A stretch of 64,000 bases of DNA from Zootoca vivipara (lineage: Eukaryota), in assembly GCF_963506605.1 (NCBI RefSeq), contig NC_083276.1, forward strand, positions 28,458,001 to 28,522,000, in the 5' to 3' direction. The first letter of the stretch is position 1. Each line of letters starts with the position of its first letter. This document shows, one piece after another, positions 1 to 12,300 of the stretch. The position numbers and the translations under genes were made by a program. The notes beneath the pieces are model-generated. The model ran no database searches and had not been told where the DNA came from. It saw only the letters and a list, made by a program, of their open reading frames with translations.

Positions 1-484
1 TATATCTGCCTTCTATCTGCATTTGTTCTCTTGATTCAAAATAATCTGCTTCTTGTGGCTCTTAACTAAATAATCAAAATTTGAGGCTGCGACAAAGGAA
101 GAATACCCCAATTGTATAATACCATGTGCCCCAGAACACGAGGTAATTCTATAATCAAAGCCAAACTATTCTATTATTAGAATGTGCACCTACTTAGAGT
201 GATTGGATTTCCTCTTTGTGTGCCGGTGCCTGAAGAAATAGCTCAGAGTGTTGTTTTTTAAGTCCAAAAATATTCAGAGATTATCCAAAACTGCCAAAGA
301 GGAATGCTTTTATCTTCTTGATAAACAAATAACCAATCTCAAATATCCTACATAAGCTCACAGCTTGCTCACGCATTACCCACAAAACACTAAAGAGCAA
401 TTGATTCAATCAACAGAAGCAAATGGTGAAAGATTGTCCTGAAAAAGAAAAAGATAAATGATTATCTACCACTTCATGATGCAA

Positions 485-919
485 GTAGCGATGTATGGAA
501 GTGAGAGCTGGACCATAAAGAAGGCTGATCGCCGAAGAATTGATGCTTTTGAATTATGGTGCTGGAGGAGACTCTTGAGAGTCCCATGGACTGCAAGAAG
601 ATCAAACCTATCCATTCTTAAGGAAATCAGCCCTGAGTGCTCCCTGGAAGGACAGATCGTGAAGCTGAGGCTCCAATACTTTGGCCACCTCATGAGAAGA
701 GAAGAATCCTTGGAAAAGACCCTGATGTTGGGAAAGATTGAGGGCACTAGGAGAAGGGGACGACAGAGGACAAGATGGTTGGACAGTGTTCTCGAAGCTA
801 CGAACATGAGTTTGACCAAACTGCGGGAGGCAGTGGAAGACAGGAGTGCCTGGCGTGCTCTGGTCCATGGGGTCACGAAGAGTCGGACACAACTAAACGA
901 CTAAACAACAACAACAACA
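485..919 (+). mobile_element. BovB (RTE clade) LINE 3' fragment
   Basis: MYGSESWTIKKADRRRIDAFELWCWRRLL...VHGVTKSRT; (CAA)n tail; possible TSD ATGCAA. Confidence 0.93.
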
Positions 920-1189
920 ATGCAAAAATACCCATTTAATGCAAAAATCACCTATACTTCCCAAGGGGAAGTATTCAACCATGCAATCTCACTGGCAGCC
1001 TCAAGGAGTGCAGCCCAAGGAAACCTTTAATACCAGATGTGTTGCCTGCTGTTTAGACTACCGGTACTTTTGTTTTTATGTAATTTTTAATATATTTGTA
1101 AGCTGCTTTGAGCACAGTTTTGACTTTCGAAAGGTGACATACAAATAAAATGATTGGTTGGTTGGAACTAACTTTTTACATTCTATATA

Positions 1190-1400
1190 ATCATAGAATT
1201 GCAGAATTATAGAGCTGGAAGGGATCCCAAGGGTCATCTAGTCCAACCCCCTGCAATGCAGGAATCTTAGCTAAAGCATCCATGACAGGTGGCCATCCAA
1301 CCTCTACTTAAAAACCTCCAAGGAAGGAGAGTCCACAACCTTCCAAGGGAGACCGTTCCACTGTCAAACAGCTCTTACGGTCAGAAAGTTCTTCCTTATA
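1190..1400 (-). mobile_element. CR1 LINE 3' end
   Basis: atcatagaat...ggaagggatcccaagggtcatctagtccaacccc...gttccactgtcaaacagctcttac. Confidence 0.85.
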
Positions 1401-2338
1401 TTTTTCCAGACATGTGATGCCATTAAATATTCACAGGAGGCAAATCAAAGACAGCATGAACATCAAAATTGATATCACACTTGCCATTAGGATCACAGCA
1501 TTTTTTGAAAATAGGAAAGTGATATTCTATATTGAAAATAGTAAGTGGTGGAAAGCAAGGCTTAAAAGGCATAATTCAATTCTTAAATTCCGAGTCAGCC
1601 CACTAGCTACAATTGCATCTTTAATACGGAGCATTTAGCTCTGTCATAAACATATTTACTCAGAAGTAAATGCCTCTAGAGTCAATAAGGCTTCCACACA
1701 AATGCACATATTACAGTACTTACTCATATCCCTTTTTCACTTTTTACCATGTAAGGTGGCTTACAAAGGAATAAATAAAATTGGCAATAAAAATAAAGTG
1801 CAAACTACACTTTATAATACAAACTTTGCAGGAATGCAGGCAGCCTCAGTGAGGCTTCAATGTAAATACACACAGGTTTTGGCTGAATGCAGTACAACAG
1901 GTGCAACAAAAGGGGTGTGTGGAATCCTACAGCAAGCCTTTTTTGAGGTGTAGTACACTTTGTACAACTGCCAGCTAACCAGGAAAGTGCTAAACAAGAT
2001 TAGTGTGAAAAGTACACAGCAGGCAAACATGGCATAAAACAAACCAACTGTAATTACAGGCCAAGTAGTACTAAGTGAATATTAATGTATATGAAAGTTG
2101 CACCCTTTACTGATACATAAATATTAAAACTCCCTTTGCTTTTCAGTATTTTATGGGACGGCAGGGTAGGGCTTAACAGAACTATTCAATGGTTCATTCC
2201 AATATATAAAAACAATTCCAAAAATCTAGATTCAGGTTACATAACTAAATTTACTTCAGAATAGAGCCCCTCCAGCCTGGTGTTATTTTCTTGTAGGTGT
2301 ATTCTGCAACATATCATTGATGCAATAATACTGTAGTG

Positions 2339-2450
2339 CAGGCATAGGCAAACTTGGCCCTCCAGATGTTTTGGGACTACAATTCCCATCATCCCTGACC
2401 GCTGGTCTTGTTAGCTAGGGATGATGGGAGTTGTAGTCCCAAAACATCTG
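2339..2450. mobile_element. Palindromic hAT MITE, right end shortened
   Basis: TSD CTGTAGTG / CCGTAGTG. Confidence 0.8.
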
Positions 2451-2487
2451 CCGTAGTGCATTAGTGGTGGATTTATACTAGCTAGAC

Positions 2488-2623
2488 CAGGCATCCCCAA
2501 ACTTTGGCCCTCCAGATGTTTTGGACTACAATTCCCATCTTCCCTGACCACTGGTCCTGCTAGCTAGGGATCATGGGAGTTGTAGGCCAAAAAATCTGGA
2601 GGGCCGCAGTTTGGGGATGCTTG
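2488..2623. mobile_element. Palindromic hAT MITE of about 136 bp
   Basis: CAGGCATCCCCAAACT TIR; perfect 8-bp TSD AGCTAGAC (nnnTAnnn, Buster/Charlie-type). Confidence 0.9.
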
Positions 2624-3089
2624 AGCTAGACCGTCCACACATTGGTCCATTTTATTAATCATTCTGTGATGACTCCCCATTATTCGTATTATTGCTGTCT
2701 GTAAGGGAACTGTTGCACTAGTGTGCAGCAAACAAACAAACCCCCCAAACACTGGTGGTATAGAAGCTACAGGATTTTTGCAGAAAGTTACAGGACAAGC
2801 CCTGAATTGACATGACACAGTATTAAAATTCCATAAGGAAGGCACAATAAAAGGATGTCTGGAGGGACTCAATACGATTGCACTGCATATCTACCACAGC
2901 CTGTTCAGAGGATGCAACCACCCCGCTCTCCTCGAATGGAGTTTGCACCCAAATTGAAGGGCATGTGGATTTTCTATCAAGAGACTGCATAATTATTTCC
3001 TATATGTTCCCCTTGAGTTCCATGTAGTCCAAAGCCGAAACAGCATTTTCCTTGACCTGTCTCGTTTTCAAGCTTCTCCTTTTCTCCCC

Positions 3090-3360
3090 GTAGTGGAGGG
3101 AGTGGTGGGAAACACCGCGGACTGTGAGGACCCGCCATCCGCACGGCATACTACAGTATTTCCACGCATCCATATCGGAAGCAGGAGAGGCCAGTCACTG
3201 ACGCGCATGCGCCGAAAGCAGCCTCGAGACCTCGCGTCGGCAAACGAAGGAAGCTCAGGCACTACAATTCCCAGAATGCCTTTGGCTCCCAAGCGAGTCT
3301 TGCTTTATCGACGCTGTCAGGAACCGCTGGCTAGGCCCAGAGAAGAGGAAGAACGGCAAG
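3090..3360 (+). promoter_or_regulatory. SNW1 CpG-island promoter with NRF1 and ZNF143/SBS (THAP11) motifs
   Basis: GCGCATGCGC at 3203-3212; ACTACAATTCCCAGAATGC at 3261-3279; AAGATGGCG (YY1-like) overlaps the ATG; CpG-rich about 3090-3800. Confidence 0.8.
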
Positions 3361-3374
3361 ATGGCGCTGACCAG
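3361..3374 (+). CDS. SNW1: SNW1 exon 1 (MALTS)
   Basis: caagATGGCGCTGACCAG|gttggt inside a CpG island. Confidence 0.93.
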
Positions 3375-6300
3375 GTTGGTTGAGGGCCTGAAGCGGCACC
3401 CTGTGAGGTGGTGGGAACAGATTCCCCTCTCTTTTCCGGAGCTCGTTTTATTTTGAACCGGAGTCCCAGGTTTTCCTTTATGGTAGTCGGTTGTGAGGAG
3501 GTTGCGATAGCGGCGCAATTTCGCCAGTGAGGCCTGGACCGATCCGGGCATTTTCCCGAGAGGTTGATCCGAAGGCCTCGCTCTTTTCGTGGGGGTAGGG
3601 AGGCCTCTCTCCCTCCGGCATGTCTAGTAACGGCAACGGAATTTCGGTTTCGCCGGTGGGGGGGGGGGCGGGGCGGTGACCTTGGTTGCAGGATACGGGT
3701 ACACTGATCCAGACGTGGTTTTGGATTGCTCTCGCTGTCGGCCGCACCTGGGCGAGGATTTAACCTCAGCCGGGAAGCTGTTTTTGTACCCCACTCTGTT
3801 TTCATACGGGATGTACTGTGTGTTGGAAAAAGGGTTTCTTCGCATGTTTTATGCCCAAGCGGGATTTTCACACGTTACGTTCAATGAGTGTACAATCTAT
3901 ACACAGAATTTGAGCTGTGCACTTGTAGCGTTATTCACACGCTACAACAGTTGAGCTCTACAGAACGCACATGCTCATTTGTACAGGTACAGACGGTTTG
4001 TACCTGTGTTTAGTGTAATGTGTGAACAAGGCTTTGGGGACTGTGGCATCAAGTGGGCTGTAGCTCCGTAGTAGAACACTTGCATCGCATGGAGAAGGTT
4101 CTAGATTGAGTCATTGGCTGCTCCAGGTAGGGCTGGGAAATGTTGTTGTTTAGTCATTTAGACGTGTCCAACTCTTCGTGACCCCATGGGAAATACCCCA
4201 TGGGCTGAGAAATACTTATGCCTAAAATCTTCTGCCAGTTAACATATGCAATACTGAGCTAGATGGATCATTGCAGTTTGTGTTGCCTCAAACAAAATGT
4301 TCCTCAGTGTGTTCTGTTTACACCTTCAGTTGCAGCTTATCAGGAGTAGTCAATTGATGCAGTGCATGTATGAAATCAGCAAGAAAGTGTGAAAGCCATG
4401 TTTACATTTTCATGTGCCATTGTTACATGTTAATCACATGTATGCACGGTGAAAATAATTAACATGTTCAGCTTTTTCAAACCACGTGCAGGCTTCAGGA
4501 TTTTTTCTGACATCAGAATATCATATGTGGAGTTATCTTATATGTGATTTGATTAATCCTTAGTTATACGTTCCCAAATTTATTTGTTTCCCTCTTTATG
4601 CATACCAGCTCAGTTGCTTAGACTTAGCATGCTGATGATGATACCAAGGTTGCAAGTTTCATCCCCATATGGGACAGCTGCATATTCCTGCATTGCAGGG
4701 AGTTGGACTTGAACAGTCATCCCCAAACTGCGGCCCTCCAGATTTTTTGGCCTACAACTTCCATGATCCCTAGCTAACAGGACCAGTGGTCAGGGAAGAT
4801 GGGAACTGTAGTCCAAAACATCTGTAGGGCCGAAGTTTGGGGATGCATGGACTAGATGATCCCTTCCAACTCTACAATTCTAAGATTCTATGAAATACTA
4901 GAACTCATGGACATCCAATGAAGACTTTGGGGAAGGTTTGCCTCATCATGCTGCAACAGCAAACTGAAGGACCATAAGTGTGAACGTGGTGTTAAGTGGT
5001 TTGATATTGAAAGGCTAGAACCTTGCCACCCAAGGGTCACGGATTAAGTAGGTAAATAAATATGGGGAAGGCAAAGTGTTTCTTAGAGAAAGATCTGAAA
5101 TATTTTCCTTGAGGCTTGAATTTGTTTTACTCTGGATTGTATTATTTGATGTTTTAATGTGAATTGCTAACCACTTTGAGATTTTTTTCTTTAAAATATA
5201 AACCAGTATAGAAATGAAATTAATAATAGTAATAAATTTCATTGAGGGGGAAATTGTGCCTAGACCAGGGGTAGGCCACCTAAGGCCCATGGGCCAGATG
5301 CAGCCCAATCATCTTCTAAATCTGGCCCGCGAACGGTCTGGGAATCAACATGTTTTTACATGAGTAGAATGTGTCCTTTTACAGTGGTACCTCGCAAGAC
5401 GAATGCCCTGCAAGACTAATTTTTCGCAAGACGAATGCGTCTTGCAATCTGATGGTGACTTGCAAGATGAATTCGTTTTGGGGGAAATTCATCTTGCAAA
5501 TCGTGGTTTCCCATAGGAATGCATTAAAATTTAATTAATGCGTTCCTATGGGCAAAAAATGAAATTTCAATGCATTCCTATGAGAAACCGGGATTCGCAA
5601 GATAATTTTTTTCGCAAAACAAATTGACTCGCGGAACGAATTAAATTTGTCTTGCGAGGCACCACTGTATTTAAAATGCATCTCTGAGTTATTTGTGGAG
5701 CATAGGAATTCATTCATATATTTTTTCAAAATATAGTCCGGCCTACGGCTGAAAAAGGTTGCTGACTCCATGTACACATGGAAATCTGTTGTGCCAGTGG
5801 AGCTGCAATGTTGGGTACAGCCACTGTCTTTTCTGCCTAGTTGGAGTAATGCTCAGATATGCTCTTATTTTAAACCAGCCCCCCCAAAACTGCAGCCCTC
5901 CAGATGTTTTGGCCTACAACTCCCATGATTCCTAGCTAAGAGGACCAGTGGTCAGGGATGATGGGAATTGTAGTCCAAAACATCTGGAGGGTCGAAGTTT
6001 GGGGATGTCTGCTTTAAACCAAATGTTTATTGTAATATCAGCATTGCAAACCAGTGGAAAGGAAGAATGACTTTTGTCACAAGAACTCAGTACTTTATGG
6101 ACTCTACCTAAACCAGCTTGGATTTTGTATCAGAACTGTAGCAGCAGGAACCTGATGTTTAGGAATGAAAAGAGCTCTTTAGAGGCAAATTAGAGGAAAT
6201 AAATCAAAAGCACAGAACTGCAGTTTCTTTGTAAAACAGTTTAATGGAATAAGAACAATATTTCACGTGTTGTCTAATGTGTACAGATATATTCCAAATA

Positions 6301-9300
6301 TTAAGTTCCTTCTTTCTGTTTGCTTAGTTTTTTGCCAGCACCAACTCAGCTATCTCAAGACCAGCTGGAATTAGAAGAGAGGGCAAGATCTCAAAGGGTG
6401 AGACAGACTGCATTGGTGTCATCACGAAGGGAGCCACCTCCTTATGGTTATCGGAAAGGATGGATACCAAGAATGTTGGAGGTAAAGAGTGGTGTGCACA
6501 GTTGTTGACATGTTTAATTAGTTACTTTAGAGAAGGGATATCTTGGCTTTTGAATGTAAGGGCCTATAATATGTCTATTTCTGTAACTCTGCTGCTTACA
6601 TAGATACCCATCCTAACATCTAGTGCAGTGGTAAGAAACTTGGGGCCTGCCAGATGTTGAATTACGTCACTCCTGACCATTGCTCATGCTGCCTGGGGCT
6701 GATGGGATTTGGAGTGTGACAACATCTGCAGAGCTAAAGGTTTCCTATTCCTGAACTTTGTTGTATATTTTGTTGTTTCTTCAGCTTGTAAACCGCCTTG
6801 TGTACAGTAATATAAAAAGGCAGTATACAATTAAAAGTGAAATGAAATGCAAATCCTAGCCTTTGCTGTTAGTTTTTGAATGACTAATCTAGTACTAACA
6901 ATACCTTCTTGTTTCTTTTGCCCATTTTGTAATCATTTCCAATTTATTTTACTGTATAGGATTTTGGAGATGGAGGTGCTTTCCCAGAAATTCATGTTGC
7001 CCAATATCCTCTGGATATGGGCCGAAAAAAGAAAATGTCCAATGCATTAGCTGTTCAGGTGGATGCAGAAGGAAAAATAAAATACGATGCTATAGCACGG
7101 CAGGGACAATCAAAAGACAAGGTAATAGACTTCCCAGATGCTTGTATATAGATGCAGTTTTGTTGTTTATGGATATTGTTTTATTTTACTTGGCTTACTA
7201 ACTCTAATGCAACCTGGAAAAGTTTTGTTATGAATTCTAGATGAGTTTCTCACAAGTCCAACAGCACAGTGGCAGAACATGAGATTTATATTTTAAAAGT
7301 AGAACATGTCAAGACACTTCTGAATTGCTACACTCTTAAGAAATAATACAGGAACACATTTCATAGCATCTGCCTATTATAAGGATGTGAGTCTTTATGT
7401 GGTCACATAGTCAACTTCACTGAGACCTAGTCTCCATATGCAGCAAAATTATGTAATAGAGTGGACTGTACCACTTCAGGCTGCAGGGCAGCATTCAAAA
7501 ACACAACCTTCCATCCTTAGTTTGAAGTACCACAGCCAATTCTACCATCTTAGAATATTTTCACTTCATTCTGCTACATATATCGATCCAGGACCTAAAG
7601 TATTGTCCTTTAGCAGGCATCCCCAGACTTCGGCCCTCCAGCTGTTTTGGGACTACAATTCCCATCATCCCTGACCACTGGTCCTGTTAGTTAGGGATGA
7701 TGGGAGTTGTAGTCCGAAAACAGCTGGAGGACTGAGTTTGGGGGTGCCTGTCCTTAAGTGACTAAGGAGTAGGTGGCTATTCTCACAGTTAGTTGCTGAG
7801 GGTTTTGGTGCACTTTCCACTACTATAGTTGCCTACCCAGTCCACATGTCATGTTTCTGGGACCAAGGAAAGTAGAGATTGGGGAATCTACTTAGCTTCA
7901 CTCAAGAAGGGGAAGCCAACCAAAGGGATAGATGCTTGAGCACTACTTTCCTTGGTTGCAGGAACTGAAGGACAGCGAAGGTGGAGATAGTTATATTGTC
8001 ACCATATTAGTCTATGCACACACCAATTGTTCTGCCTTAAAGATCCAGTAGCCTTTAAAGTGAAAGGGAGGCAAAACTGCACATACAGCTAAATATGAAA
8101 GTGACCACACCAGCACTGCCTCTTTGGTTATACAGTTCGGCTTCTCCTTTAAAGAGCAAATTGCCTTTTGAGGCTAGAACACACCATGCATACTCTGCAT
8201 AGATACTTACCTGGCTCAGTCTTTACCCAGCCAAGGTGAATGGCAAAGCCTCTTCTCAGTGCATTCCTATTAACCAAATAGGGAATCGAGCCTTTCTTAA
8301 TTACTGTGAACTTTAGAAGTGAGTGTGAGACTATGATGAATCTGTGTTAATTATTTTGAAGTAAAATGATATTTGTGGCATGTAAAGTGGAAACATGTTT
8401 CTACCTAGTGTTCCCAATAGTTCCTCAGAGTGTGATCGTCCCCACACAGACATATTCTGCTGTTTCTCCTTCAGTAGTGTGGGCTGTTTCTCCAGGAACA
8501 AGGGAAGAGAGAGTGTGCCCAATGCTCAGCCTCCATGCATGTAAATTCTGAACATGTGGAAAAGAGAGAGCAAAGAGCATTTTGAACAACCTCCATCATA
8601 TAGCCTTGTGTTAAGAGTTGCAGTACGGGAAAGAACCAAAGAGTCATGTGGGTCTATCCTCCCAGTAGACAGGACTCACTGCTTTGAGGAAACGTTTGTT
8701 CTCCATACGTGAATGGGCAAGTGGGTAATTGCAAGCCTGTTATTACCAGTAAGGCTACCACACTGTACTCAGTTTATTATCATTTTCTCATAAACAGTGG
8801 ATAATGAATCGTGGCTTTATCATATTCAGAGCTTACTCATTTTAATGTGGATAGAACATCATCTTCTTTCATTCTCTGGGATATTTTGAGCTCTTAAAGT
8901 AAGCTTGGTTCTTCATGCTTTGAGATTCTTGGGGGTTTTATCGTTAATTACCATGAAGAAATATTGCTCTTCAAATGTCCTTCATTTGGCTTTGTGAGGT
9001 GTGCTTCCATTGATACTCATTTAAAGGGTTGTTAATTCTGGAATATTTGGATGAGAATTGGAAAATTGTTCCTGTGCTAAATTATTAGTTGAGCTACAGG
9101 TCTGTTTTTATAGTTAGGCAAATGCCATGCTACATAGAGCAATCTCTTTTGGGGTGAATACTTGCCTCGTTGAGTAATGTTGAACAATTAGGCTCAGTTT
9201 ATAGATATATAGAACAACTTAATTCCTGGTTTGCTAGGACTTAGTTCTCCATTTCTTTATTTTTTACCATCATCTTTTCGTGTATATGTTGTGTTTTGAA

Positions 9301-12300
9301 TAATAAGAGTTTATAATACATTTTCTAGCTTTCACAGTTGTGTAATTTTACACATGCTTTGAGAAAACTGTGTGGCATTACTGCCTCCCACACAGGCAAA
9401 TGATTAAGCAACCACAAAAGCATGTTACAGTAGCTTGAGAGAAATTACCTGGTAGCCCCACAAAAAAATAAAACATGTTGCCATTTCTCTTGGCTCCTGG
9501 CATAGTCAGTAAATGATACATAGGTTTAGTTTGGTAGACACCGTTATATATGCATCCTGCTGCAACATAATTGCCTTATCCCATTTCTAGATGGCAAAGG
9601 GGCACTAGTTCTTGAAACTAAAGAACATTGCCCAGAAGCTCTTAAAATGTTACCTTATTCTTTACAGAAGAAAGCTGCCACAAAAATGCAGTTATGTTGA
9701 TAGCAAATGCAGTACATGCAAAAACTGTTTTAGGCGTGTCTGATATGTGTGCGACCTCACACCCATGCATCATGCCAAACCCGGACGTGACCTGAAAATG
9801 TCTCAAAAATGGGTGGGGATGGAACACGGTGTTTGCAGGCTTTTTCAATGGGTGTTCAAATTACAGTGGGACCTCGACTTACGAATTTAATCCGTTCTGA
9901 ATGCAAACTCGTAGGTCGAAAACTTTGTAAGTCGAGTTTCCCATAGGAAAAGCGGTTTCCCATAGGGATGCATTGGAAACGAAAAAAATTGTAAGTCAGG
10001 GAAACCACATCTAAAAACTCATAAGTTGAGGAAACCGCATCTAGCCGCGTACGGGTTTTCCGTTCAGATGTCGAGAAAATCGTAAGCGCGCAGCCACTTT
10101 TTCCACTCGTAAGTCGAAAACGTCGGATGTCAAGGAGCTCGTAAGTCGAGGTCCCACTGTATATGCAATTTCATGCAACCCCTTCACAAACAGGGAGTTG
10201 CCTATAAAATGAATGCCTCACAAATAAGCCCCCAATAATTTAAGCTTATTGACACAAATGTGTTTCACTTGTTCTGGTCTCAAAAATTAATAAATATGAC
10301 AGCTTTGCAAAGCACTCTGAGTTGTTTGCTTTTTCTTAACCAATCATACTCCGTAATGCTTGAAATTTGTGCAACTTTTAAAGTCTCAGACAGCCATTGC
10401 ACAAGAGAAGGATGAGCTATTTCCTTGCAATTATTATTTTATTTATATTTTACCGTCTGTTTGTATGTTTTGGAATTTAATGTTAGCCACCTTGAGTACC
10501 ATTTGGGGAAAAGGAGATAAGCAAAATATCCCAGTAGCTCCAAATAGGGTATGAAAGAATTCCAGGTTTTTGATCAACTCAACTGTGATTCTATGGTCAT
10601 GATAAAAAGAAAATATATTCTTTGGAATTCTAAATATATTCTTAGTGTTTGGCCCTTATATGGGCAATTCTGTTTTGGAAAGCTAATCTAGTTTTGTTTT
10701 GTTTTTTGTTTTGTTTTTAATTTTAAAAAGCTCCCTAAATGAGGAGGGAAACGAAGCTCCACGGGTATGCTGGATTTTTTGTTCATTTACAGGAATCCCT
10801 TTTCATAATGCTGTTTTCAATGTTTCAGGTCATTTACAGCAAATACACAGACCTGGTTCCAAAGGAAGTTATGAATGTGGATGACCCTGATCTGCAAAGA
10901 CCTGATGAAGAAGCTGTTAGAGAGGTATTGTGGTCACTGATGCACCTAACTATTGGAGCCACTTGCATCTTGTCCAAGTGTTTAATGTAACATTTCTGAT
11001 TGCAGCTTACAGAAAAGACTCGAGCAGCGCTGGAAAAGTCTGTCTCCCAGAAAATTGCAGCAGCCATGCCAGTCCGAGCAGCTGATAAACTAGCTCCAGC
11101 TCAATACATTCGGTACTGGACAATTTTTGGATTGTTGAAATTTCTTTGCATGCAAAGTTTAATGTAATGCCTTTTTTGTGAGTGTGAAACATAACCATTA
11201 TCTCAAGCCACAAGCAGTTACATGAGTGTTAAGAAATTATTGCTGTTTAATGAAATGTGATATTAGTCCTGTTACAGAGAACGTCCTGTTACTTAGCTAT
11301 GCATAGGAAACGGTGTGGCTATGTGTTCTCTTCTTGGTTTGTTTCTGATAATGAACTTTCTTACAATAAATATATGATGGTTTTTATGGTCCATAAATGG
11401 TGAATAGCACAACGAGGGCTGTGCAGCTACCTTCAAATATATAGGTCTGAAATATAGGGTATCCAGTTGGAAATATTTTTACTGTCCTACCAGTAAAATT
11501 GGAATTAGAACATCAGGCTCTGCTGTCTGATTGAAACAGAACTCTGTAGTTCAGTGTGTGCTCAGTTTGAAAGAACAGAGACACATCATCTACTTCTGCA
11601 CTTCTACTCAGGTGTGTATGCTTGGCAATCCAATGTCTGTGAGCAAAACTAAAATTCTGGCAAAGTAAATAAGAAGCTCATTAGAGGCTCTGTACTGATA
11701 ACTGAATTTCTTCCTTGTTTTTTTCAGATACACACCATCACAGCAAGGTGTGGCCTTCAACTCTGGTGCAAAACAGAGAGTTATTAGAATGGTGGAGATG
11801 CAAAAAGACCCCATGGAGCCACCTAGATTCAAGTAAGAATCAGAAATGTACAACTATTGTGCCATAGAGGGTCCAGGGACGGAGATTGACATACTAAGCT
11901 TACTATATTTTTCAACTCATTAGGATTAACAAGAAAATTCCTCGTGGACCACCATCGCCTCCAGCTCCAGTAATGCACTCTCCCAGCAGAAAGGTAATGG
12001 ACACCTGTCACAACTCTTATGTAACATTTTTAAACATCTGATGCATAAAGTATGGAGTATTCAAGTGTACGTATCAGCAGACAATCCGTCGGGGCCATTA
12101 GGCAAGAACTGTTTTTCTTCAGCCCCAGGGAAGTTAACAAGCTGTCCCAGCATGAGACATGATGGAGAGTGGGATGGACATGGATTACAATAAAATGTAA
12201 TTTTGAGGTGTCAGTTCAGACAGTTTTAAAAATGGATGGATGTAAGTTCTTCTGAGTATATGTATTGGTACCACTGCTTTTTAACTTGTTGATAAATGGA

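Noticed and set aside
3656-3676. G-run / G-quadruplex in SNW1 intron 1
   Set aside because: Common in first introns, and homopolymer length is unreliable; no further support.
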